64,000 bases of DNA from Nemertoderma westbladi (taxonomy: Eukaryota; Animalia; Xenacoelomorpha), in NCBI GenBank assembly GCA_032718475.1, contig JAUCBJ010009041.1, positions 84,124 through 148,123 of the forward strand. Direction: 5' to 3'. Every line of letters begins with the position of its first letter. Positions within the stretch are counted from its first letter, which is position 1. The position numbers and the translations under genes were made by a program. The notes beneath the pieces are model-generated. The model made no database searches, was not told the origin of the DNA, and saw only the letters and a program-made list of their open reading frames with translations. Of the stretch, positions 47,701 through 59,700 are shown in pieces.

Positions 47701-50700
47701 AATAAGTAATTTATAATGTCAATAAACGTTGATGTCAAAGAGGTTAGATTATAATATTATTGATCCTGGCGAGGTTGAAACTGAACGATATGAATGAAAC
47801 TATAGAAAACACGGAGAGTGGGATACGGACCAAGGGATGTTTTTCACAAAAACCGAGGGTTTCCTTTTCCATTGAGCATAAGCAATCCCAGCTCCTTAGA
47901 ATATAGTCCAATACGTCCATGCAATCCCAGCTCCTTAGAATATAGTCCAATAAGTCCATGCAATCCCAGCTCCTTAAAATATAGTCCAATAAGTCAATGC
48001 AATCCCAGCTCCTTAGCATATAGTCCAAAAAGTCCATGCAATCTCAGCTCCTTAGAATATAGTCAAATAAGTCCATGCAATCCCAGCTCCTTAGAATATA
48101 GTCCAATAAGTCCATGCAATCCCAGCTCCTTAGAATATAGTCCAATAAGCCCATGCAATACCAGCTCCTTAGAATATAGTCCAATAAGTCCATGCAATCC
48201 CAGCTCCTTAGAATATAGTCCAATAAGCCCATGCAATACCAGCTCCTTAGAATATAGTACAATAAGTCCATGCAACCCCAGCTCCTTAGAATATAGTACA
48301 ATAAGTCCATGCAACCCCAGCTCCTTAAAAAATAGTCCAATAAGTCCATGCAATCCCAGCTCCTTAGAATATAGTCCAATAAGTCCATGCATTCCCAGCT
48401 CCTTAGAATATATTCTAATAAGTCCATGCAATCCCAGCTCCTTAGAATATAGTCCAATAAGTCCATGCAATCCCAGCTCCTTAGAATATAGTCCAATAAG
48501 TCCATGCAATCCAAGCTCCTTAGAATATAGTACAATAAGTCCATGCAACCCCAGCTCCTTAGAATATAGTACAATAAGTCCATGCAACCCCAGCTCCTTA
48601 GAATATAGTCCAATAAGTCCATGCAATCACAGCTCCTTAGAATATAGTCCAATAAGTCCATGCAACCCCAGCTCCTTAGAATATAGTCCAATAAGTCCAT
48701 GCAACCCCAGCTCCTTAGACTGTAGTCCAATAAGTCCATGCAATACCAGCTCCTTAGAATCTAGTCCAATAAGTCCATGAAATCCCAGCTCCTTAAAAAA
48801 TAGTCCAATAAGTCCATGCAATCCCAGCTCATTAGAATATAGTTCAATAAATCCATGCAATCCCAGCTCCTTAGAATATAGTCCAATAAGTCCATGCAAT
48901 CCCAGCTCCTTAAAAAATAGTCCAATAAGTCCATGCAATCCCAGCTCATTAGAAAATAGTCCAATAAGTCCATGCAACCCCAGCTCCTTAGAATATAGTA
49001 CAATAAGTCCATGCAACCCCAGCTCCTTAGAATATAGTCCAATAAGTCCATGCAATCCAAGCTCCTTAGAATATAGTACAATAAGTCCATGCAACCCCAG
49101 CTCCTTAGAATATAGTAAAATAAGTCCATGCAACCCCAGCTCCTTAGAATATAGTACAATAAGTCCATGCAACCCCAGCTCCTTAGAATATAGTCCAATA
49201 AGTCCATGAAATCCCAGCTCCTTAGACTGTAGTCCAATAAGTCCATGCAATACCAGCTCCTTAGAATCTAGTCCAATAAGTCCATGAAATCCCAGCTCCT
49301 TAGACTGTAGTCCAATAAGTCCATGCAACCCCAGCTCCTTAGACTGTAGTCCAATAAGTCCATGCAATACCAGCTCCTTAGAATCTAGTCCAATAAGTCC
49401 ATGAAATCCCAGCTCCTTAAAAAATAGTCCAATAAGTCCATGCAACCCCAGCTCCTTAGAATATAGTCCAATAAGTCCATGCTACCCCAGCTCCTTAGAC
49501 TGTAGTCCAATAAGTCCATGCAATACCAGCTCCTTAGAATCTAGTCCAATAAGTCCATGAAATCCCAGCTCCTTAAAAAATAGTCCAATAAGTCCATGCA
49601 ATCCCAGCTCATTAGAAAATAGTCCAATAAGTCCATGCAACCCCAGCTCCTTAGAATATAGTACAATAAGTCCATGCAACCCCAGCTCCTTAGAATATAG
49701 TACAATAAGTCCATGCAACCCCAGCTCCTTAGAATATAGTACAATAAGTCCATGCAACCCCAGCTCCTTAGAAAATAGTCCAATAAGTCCATGCAATCAC
49801 AGCTCCTTAGACTGTAGTCCAATAAGTCCATGCAATACCAGCTCCTTAGAATCTAGTCCAATAAGTCCATGCAACCCCAGCTCCTTAGACTGTAGTCCAA
49901 TAAGTCCATGCAATACCAGCTCCTTAGAATCTAGTCCAATAAGTCCATGAAATCCCAGCTCCTTAAAAAATAGTCCAATAAGTCCATGCAACCCCAGCTC
50001 CTTAGAATATAGTCCAATAAGTCCATGCAACCCCAGCTCCTTAGACTGTAGTCCAATAAGTCCATGCAATACCAGCTCCTTAGAATCTAGTCCAATAAGT
50101 CCATGAAATCCCAGCTCCTTAAAAAATAGTCCAATAAGTCCATGCAATCCCAGCTCATTAGAAAATAGTCCAATAAGTCCATGCAATCCCAGCTCCTTAG
50201 AATATAGTACAATAAGTCCATGCAACCCCAGCTCCTTAGAATATAGTCCAATAAGTCCATGCAATCCAAGCTCCTTAGAATATAGTACAATAAGTCCATG
50301 CAACCCCAGCTCCTTAGAATATAGTACAATAAGTCCATGCAACCCCAGCTCCTTAGAATATAGTCCAATAAGTCCATGCAATCCAAGCTCCTTAGAATAT
50401 AGTACAATAAGTCCATGCAACCCCAGCTCCTTAGAATATAGTACAATAAGTCCATGCAACCCCAGCTCCTTAGAATATAGTCCAATAAGTCCATGCAATC
50501 CAAGCTCCTTAGAATATAGTACAATAAGTCCATGCAACCCCAGCTCCTTAGAATATAGTACAATAAGTCCATGCAACCCCAGCTCCTTAGAATATAGTCC
50601 AATAAGTCCATGCAATCACAGCTCCTTAGAATATAGTCCAATAAGTCCATGCAACCCCAGCTCCTTGGAATATAGTCCAATAAGTCCATGCAATCACAGC

Positions 50701-53700
50701 TCCTTAGAATATAGTACAATAAGTCCATGCAATCCCAGCTCCTTAGAATATAGTCCAATAAGTCCATGCAATCACAGCTCCTTAGAATATAGTCCAATAA
50801 GTCCATGCAACCCCAGCTCCTTGGAATATAGTCCAATAAGTCCATGCAATCACAGCTCCTTAGACCCCAGAATATAGTACAATAAGTCCATGCAATCCCA
50901 GCTCCTTAGAATATAGTCCAATAAGTCCATGCAATCACAGCTCCTTAGAATATAGTCCAATAAGTCCATGCAACCCCAGCTCCTTAGAATATAGTACAAT
51001 AAGTCCATGCAACCCCAGCTCCTTAGAATATAGTACAATAAGTCCATGCAACCCCAGCTCCTTAGAATATAGTACAATAAGTCCATGCAACCCCAGCTCC
51101 TTAGAATATAGTCCAATAAGTCCATGCAATCCAAGCTCCTTAGAATATAGTACAATAAGTCCATGCAACCCCAGCTCCTTAGAATATAGTACAATAAGTC
51201 CATGCAACCCCAGCTCCTTAGAATATAGTCCAATAAGTCCATGCAATCACAGCTCCTTAGAATATAGTCCAATAAGTCCATGCAACCCCAGCTCCTTGGA
51301 ATATAGTCCAATAAGTCCATGCAACCCCAGCTCCTTAGACTGTAGTCCAATAAGTCCATGCAATACCAGCTCCTTAGAATCTAGTCCAATAAGTCCATGA
51401 AATCCCAGCTCCTTAAAAAATAGTCCAATAAGTCCATGCAATCCCAGCTCCTTAGAATATAGTCCAATAAGTCCATGCATTCCCAGCTCCTTAGAATATA
51501 TTCTAATAAGTCCATGCAATCCCAGCTCCTTAGAATATAGTCCAATAAGTCCATGCAATCCCAGCTCCTTAGAATATAGTCCAATAAGTCCATGCAATCC
51601 CAGCTCCTTAGAATATAGTCCAATAAGTCCATGCAATCCCAGCTCCTTAGAATATAGTCCAATAAGTCCATGCAATCCCAGCTCCTTAGAATATAGTCCA
51701 ATAAGTCAATGCAATCCCAGCTCCTTAGAATATAATCCAATAAGTCCATGCAATCCCAGCTCCTTAAAAAATAGTCCAATAAGTCCATGCAAACCCAGCT
51801 CCTTAGAAAATAGTCCAATAAGTCCATGCAATCCCAGCTCCTTAGAATATAGTTCAATAAATCCATGCAATCCCAGCTCCTTAGAATATAGTCCAATAAG
51901 TCCATGCAATCCCAGCTCCTTAAAAAATAGTCCAATAAGTCCATGCAATCCCAGCTCCTTAGAATATAGTCCAATAAGTCCATGCAATCCCAGCTCCTTA
52001 GGAAATAGTCCAATAAGTCCATGCAATCCCAGCTCCTTAGGAAATAGTCCAATAAGTCCATGCAATCCCAGCTCCTTAGAATATAGTCCAATAAGTCCAT
52101 GCAATCCCAGCTCCTTAGAATATAGTCCAATAAGTCCATGCAATCCCAGCTCCTTAGAAAATAGTCCAATAAGTCAATGCAATCCCAGCTCTTTAGAATA
52201 TAGTCCAATAAGTCAATGCAATCCCAGCTCTTTAGAATATAGTCCAATAAGTCCATGCATTCCCAGCTCCTTAGAATATAGTCTAATAAGTCCATGCAAT
52301 CCCAGCTCCTTAGAATATAGTCCAATAAGTCCATGCAATCCCAGCTCCTTAGAAAATAGTCCAATAAGTCAATGCAATCGCAGCTCTTTAGAATATAGTC
52401 CAATAAGTCCATGCAATCCCAGCTCCTTAGAATATAGTCCAATAAGTCCATGCAATCCCAGCTCCTTAGAAAATAGTCCAATAAGTCCATGCAATCCCAG
52501 CTCCTTAGAATATAGTCCAATAAGTCCATGCAATCCCAGCTCCTTAGAATATAGTCCAATAAGTCCATGCAATTCCAGCTCCTTAGAAAATAGTCCAATA
52601 AGTCAATGCAATCCCAGCTATAGTCCAATAAGTTCATGTCCAGGAATATAGTCCAGTAAGTCCATGTCCAGGAATATAGTCCAATAAGTCCATGTCCAGG
52701 AATATAGTCCAACAAGTCCATGTCCAGGAATATAGTCCAATAAGTCCATGTCCAGGAATATAGTCCAATAAGTCCATGTCCAGGAATATAGTCCAATAAG
52801 TCCATGTCCAGGAATATAGTCCAATAAGTCCATGTCCAGGAATATAGTCCAATAAATCCAAATCCAGGAATATAGTCCAATAAGTCCATGTACAGGAATA
52901 TAGTCCAATAAGTCCTTGTCAAGGAATATAGTCCAATAAGTCCATGTGCAAGAATATAGTCCAATAAGTTCATGTACAGGAATATAGTCAAATAAGTTCA
53001 TGTACAGGAATATAGTCCAATAAGTCCATGTCCAGGAATATAGTCCAATAAGTCCATGTCCAGGAATATAGTCCAATAAGTTCATGTCCAGGAATATAGT
53101 CCAATAAGTCCATGTCCAGGAATATAGTCCAATAAGTCCATGTCCAGGAATCTAGTCCAATAAGTCCATGTCCAGGAATATAGTCCAATAAGTCCATGTC
53201 CAGGAATATAGTCCAATAAGTCCATGTCCAGGAACATAACCCAATAAGTCCATGTCCAGGAATATAGTCCAATAAGTCCATGCAATCCCAGCTCCTTAGA
53301 ATATAGTCCAATAAGTCCATGTCCAGGAATATAGTCCAATAAGTCCATGTCCAGGAATATAGTCCAATAAGTCCATGTCCAGGAATATAGTCCAATAAGT
53401 CCATGTCCAGGAATATAATCCAATAAGTCCATGCAATCCCAGCTCCTTAGAACATAGTCCAATAAGTCCATGTCCAGGAATATAGTCCAATAAGTCCATG
53501 TCCAGGAATATAGTCCAATAAGTCAATGTCCAGGAATATAGTCCAATAAGTCCATGTCCAGGAATATAGTCCAATAAGTCCATGTCCAGGAATATAGTCC
53601 AATAAGTCCATGTCCAGGAATATAGTCCAAAAAGTCAATGTCCAGGAATATAGTCCAATAAGTCAATGTCCAGGAATATAGTCCAATAAGTCCATGTCCA

Positions 53701-56700
53701 GGAATATAGTCCAAAAAGTCAATGTCCAGGAATATAGTCCAATAAGTCCATGTCCAGGAATATAGTCCAATAAGTCCATGTCCAGGAACATAGTCCAATA
53801 AGTCCATGTCCAGGAATATAGTCCAATAAGTCCATGCAATCCCAGCTCCTTAGAATATAGTCCAATAGGTCCATGTCCAGGAATATAGTCCAATAAGTCC
53901 ATGTCCAGGAATATAGTCCAATAAGTCCATGTCCAGGAATATAGTCCAATAAGTCCATGTCCAGGAATATAGTCCAATAAGTCCATGTCCAGGAATATAG
54001 TCCAATAAGTCCATGTCCAGGAATATAGTCCAATAAGTCCATGCAATCCCAGCTCCTTAGAACATAGTTCAATAAGTCCATGTCCAGGAATATAGTCCAA
54101 TAAGTCCATGTCCAGGAATATAGTCCAATAAGTCCATGTCCAGGAATATAGTCCAAAACGTCAATGTCCAGGAATATAGTCCAATAAGTCCATGTCCAGG
54201 AATATAGTCCAATAAGTCCATGTCCAGGAATATAGTCCAATAAGTCCATGCAATCCCAGCTCCTTAGAACATAGTCCAATAAGTCCATGTCCAGGAATAT
54301 AGTCCAATAAGTCCATGTCCAGGAATATAGTCCAATAAGTCCATGTCCAGGAATATAGTCCAAAAAGTCAATGTCCAGGAATATAGTCCAATAAGTCCAT
54401 GTCCAGGAATATAGTCCAATAAGTCCCAAGTCCAGGAATATAGTCCAATAAGTCAATGTCCAGGAATATAGTCCAATAAGTCAATGTCCAGGAATATAGT
54501 CCAATAAGTCCATGTCCAGGAATATAGTCCAATATGTCCATGTCCAGGAATATAGTCCAATAAGTCCATGTCCAGGAATATAGTCCAATAAGTCCATGTC
54601 CAGGAATATAGTCCAATAAGTCCATGCAATCCCAGCTCCTTAGAAAATAGTCCAATAAGTCCATACAATCCCAGTTCCTTAGACTATAGTCCAATAAGTC
54701 CATGCAATCCCAGCTCCTTAAAAAATAGTCCAATAAAATCATGCAATCCCAGCTCCTTAGAATATAGTCCAATAAGTCCATGCAATACCAGCTACTTAGA
54801 ATATTAGTCCAATAAGTCCATGCAATCCCAGCTCCTTAAAAAATAGTCCAATAAGTTCATGCAATCCCAGCTCCTTAGAATATAGTCCAATAAGTCAATG
54901 CAATCCCAGCTCCTTAGAATATAGTCCAATAAGCCCATGCAATACCAGCTCCTTAGAATATAGTCCAATAAGTCCATGCAATCCCAGCTCCTTAAAAAAT
55001 AGTCCAATAAGTTCATGCAATCCCAGTTCCTTAGAATATAGTCCAATAAGTCCATGCAATCCCAGCTCTTTAGAATATAGTCCAATAAGTCCATGCAATC
55101 CCAGCTCCTTAGAAAATAGTCCAATAAGTCAATGCAATCCCAGCTCCTTAAAAAATAGTCCAATAAGTTCATGCAATCCCAGCTCCTTAGAATATAGTCC
55201 AATAAGTCAATGCAATCCCAGCTCCTTAGACTGTAGTCCAATAAGTCCATGCAATACCAGCTCCTTAGAATATAGTCCAATAAGTCAATGCAATCCCAGC
55301 TCCTTAGAATATAGTCCAATAAGCCCATGCAATACCAGCTCCTTAGAATATAGTCCAATAAGTCCATGCAATCCCAGCTCCTTAAAAAATAGTCCAATAA
55401 GTTCATGCAATCCCAGCTCCTTAGAATATAGTCCAATAAGTCCATGCAATCCCAGCTCCTTAGAATATAGTCCAATAAGTCCATGCAATACCAGCTCCTT
55501 AGAATATTAGTCCAATAAGTCCATGCAATCCCAGCTCCTTAAAAAATAGTCCAATAAGTCCATGCAATCCCAGCTCCTTAGAATATAGTCCAATAAGTTC
55601 ATGCAATCCAGCTCCTTAGAATATAGTCCAATAAGTCCATGCAATCCCAGCTCCTTAGAATATAGTCCAATAAGTCCATGCATTCCCAGTTCCTTAGAAT
55701 ATAGTGTAATAATTCCATGTCCAGGGAAACCTTTACTTGACCTTATTCCTTCACTCAGTGGGTCGCGTTGGGGGGGGGGGGGGGGGGGGGGGGGCGATTC
55801 GCCCGGGCGCAGACCAAATGAGCCGGAGCCAAGCTTTTAACACTGTACTGTACTGTATGTTTACGATATATAGGTCATTTATGTTTTGAAACACCCTTTT
55901 GTTGACCGCATGGAAAAGGGTTATCAACTCAATATTGTCACCGATTCATTGCCTTCTGTTACTGGATTATTTCGTTCTCTTTCAACATAATAAACTCTAT
56001 ATAAACCTATATAAGTCGCCCCTTTCGTGATGGCCAGTAAATCAACTAGGGCTGGAACCACAATAATATTATCTACCGTTATTTATATCTAACCCATGTC
56101 TTAAAATATTAATTCCAGAACATATTTAACATGGGGTGAACCAGTCAGCTCATAGTGGTAGAAATATGTAGAGACACAGTAAAGTGAACGTGAGTTGATT
56201 CTATTGGTTGTCTGTGAACTGGAGTAGACGTCTGGCGATTGGTGAAGCCCCATGTGTGGGCAGGGCTTCCATCCAATGAATGCTAACATGTATTGTAACT
56301 GTACAATGTTAAGAATGCCATAGTGACACATAATAGGAGAGCCCTTAGTAGTCAACGGGAGGGGCAGCCAATATCGTAAATATTCATTCCAGAACATTTA
56401 TTTAACATTGGGTGTATCCAGTTCATAAGTGGCACAGACTTGCAGACACATTGGCTCTTATAATTTCTAAATATCCGTATATAAAAAAAGTTAAAAAAGT
56501 GTAAGTAAAAATTACTTTGTATTTCGGGAGGGGGGGGGGGACGAATTCTTTAGACAGTGCACCGGGCGAACATTAGCCACATGACGCCACTGCTGCTTCA
56601 CTTTGTATTTCCTGCGATTTGCAGCGACCAAATGCAGGTTTTTAACCAAAATATAATTAAAGCGGGGATATTATGATGTTATTGATGAAACTGACACCCA

Positions 56701-59700
56701 CTGCCTTCAGAAGATGTTCAAATAGAACGATACGGATTGGATATCAACCAGTAGAATGATAAACGTTAGGAGAGGTTCATATAGATGGTTCTATTCTACA
56801 TGCATATTCATATTACATATACTGTATACAGGTTCTATTCTGTATACAAGTGGATGGGGATGGGGGGGGGGGGGGGGGGGGGGTTGGGGACTTCAATATC
56901 ACAGCTTTAGAACATTATCTTTATTGATGAATAACCTGCAGTTCACAGCTAATCGCAAGGAAATGCAATCCTATTATTATTTAAACTTTCCCATGATGAT
57001 GGACTTGTTCAATTATTTGTTAACCTTTAAAACATTTGCTCTGGAGCTGGGGTAGAGCTACCACAAGGTTTGTGTGAGGTCCCAGGTTCAAATATTGGAA
57101 ACAGCGCTAATTTTTAAAGAACTGGTTTCTGCTGCATTGTATAATACGTGTACAACATGTATATTTTATTGGTTAACTATGGTAGTTGTAACTCACGTTT
57201 CAGTTCTTCATAGTGAATTGTATCCATAACGCTACTGATATCAACGACACGAAGAATACGTTGCCCAAACCCTCTTAGTTTCTCGTGTATAGTAGTTATT
57301 TTACTCTCTATGCACTTGAGGGTACTATTGATTTCGTAATAATTTCTTGCAATTACGCGACTAAAAGTCTTTTTTAATATATATTCTTGCTTCAAGTTTG
57401 ACAGTAGAAACTTTGCAAGAAGGGGATTTTGACATCTCGAACCGGCCCGAACAATGCCATCAATATGCTTGACAATAAGTAACTCCTCTAGAAACTGATC
57501 CAAGGCATGGTTCGTGTAGCAAATGAGAAGAATTGGAGATTTTTGAAACAATTCTCGATTAGCCAATAATGCATGAACTATTTTTACTCCAACATATGTT
57601 TTCCCACATCCAGGAGGTCCTTGAATTACTGATAATTCTGATGTGAGTGCAGCTTGCATCGCTCTCATTTGAGAATCGTCTAGACCTAACATAGTATTTT
57701 CTGGCCACTGATCTTTGTTCAGGATAGTAACCTGCTTCAGATTATCTCTCCCTGTGTCAACTATGTCTGCGACAATATCAAGTGATTCCAGTTCCTGTGC
57801 TAGTTTTAATTCATTACGTTCTTTGTCAATAGCACCCATCTCTTTTCGAATCTCCACACGCCTCGTCAAACTTATACCACCAACACGCCTCTCTTCTTCC
57901 AATTTTTTTATACGCATCTCCACAATTATCAGTTTTTGTAGTGCATTAAATCGATGAGAATTATTATCATTCATATTTCTCGCCACTGACAGATCAAACC
58001 TTGTATCGTGAGTTATATAGCCAGGGGGGTTGACTTCTGGGTTGCAGTCAACAATAAACTTAGACATTGATAAAGGTTCAGTTATTTGTTGGAGACGTTT
58101 CAATACATGTACATAAGCTTCATACAAAGCACTGGATTCCACCATAACAAACTCACTACCGGTATCATTACCAATCTGAGATGCTGCATATCTTCCTTCC
58201 ATTAGCTTCACTGCTATTTCGCCATCATTTTTCAAAGACTCCACATTCCTATCAGAAACAGTGGCCAAAAATATAGTTCTGAAATTGTCCTTCGAAAGGC
58301 AAAGCAAGGAGCCATACAGTAGGCGTTTGGAATGTGCCCAAACAACATTTTTTAAAGGAGTTTTATCAAATTTGAGAACATAATTGATCCCATCCCGAGC
58401 GCAGTAGTTTCGAACGAGAGTAACCCTGGTATACAACTGTATCCCTTGTATCTTATGATGGAGTTTTTTCCCTTGAATATGTTTCAGTATGTAATATCCA
58501 ACACCATCTCTCAGTGGACCAATAAAATCTTCTCTAATTAGTCTAAACTGAACATCTAAGTAGTGGGTTAGGTCGTCATATCTACCATAGACTATATTTG
58601 GTCGTAGAAAAGGTTTATCACCAGTTAATAGTTCATCTCCTGTTGGTGTTAATGATATATTCCTGAAGTTATCTGGAACATCATTGGTGATATTAGTGGT
58701 ATTTCTAAGAGCAAGATGGCGATTTCCATTTACAGGGTGGCTTTCAATCTTCTTACCCATACGTTTAGCTTCAACTAAGTCATCAATAGTAGCATCTATA
58801 TCGGTAAACATGTCCTTTAATTCATCGTCAACTAAGAAAATCGGAATTTGTTGTGGAATTGCTTTTCAGTATTACTACTCACAGCACATAACATTATTAC
58901 TATTTACTGTGTATTCCTACTTACACCATATCAGCATGAGTCATTACTGTGCTGTATGTTTTGGAAACATGTTTTGGAATAATTTATTGGCGAATGTTTG
59001 TTCTTTTTAAAAATGTAATATGACAGAAATGGAAAAAATTAGGAAGTAGATCATCAGCGCTATGCATGATTCGGCCTATCAGGCCTCATCAGTAGCGCTA
59101 ACCAGTTCAGCCACTTGCCCCTGACACTTGCTCTCCCATCTTATCCACTTCTATTGAACAGGCAGTCTTAAGTTGCATATCGTATTTTTTAGTTTTTTTA
59201 TGTTAGTCTTTGTGCATCAACATCAAAAAATTACTAAATATGACAACCCAATTTTAGATTACTTTTCCCTTGTTAATAAGAATTAGGGTGTCTTACCAAT
59301 CTGCTACTGGGCCTCATACTTCACTGAAAACGTAAACTTATTCAGAAAATATATTTAACTTTCATAATAACTTGATTTGTTAAGAAGTTGGCTTGCAAAT
59401 TCTAATTAAGTGCAATATACATAATAAATAAGTTGTTTTTGTGACAACTGGTGTAGTTAACATACATAAGTGATGAGCGGAAAAGGTCATTTCTAAAGTA
59501 ATAGAAATAAATATGAATTTTCAATGAAAAGCAAAACCACAATAAACTGACCGATATGCAGATAGTGAAGTTTCGGCACAGCCTTGAATAACGCTCCTTG
59601 CAAGATTGTCAGCTTTCCACACTCAGAAGGCATTATAGAAATAATATCACTAACAACTGTGATAACATCTTTTAGTAACTTGGAGAAGTTGGCCTGTTTA

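Noticed and set aside
47744-55840. [26 protein letters not shown] and [13 protein letters not shown] repeat proteins
   Set aside because: Satellite translations. Variants introduce stops freely and the 28-bp unit breaks frame.
57038-57108. tRNA-like A/B box sequence
   Set aside because: No cloverleaf can be formed; at most a decayed SINE head.
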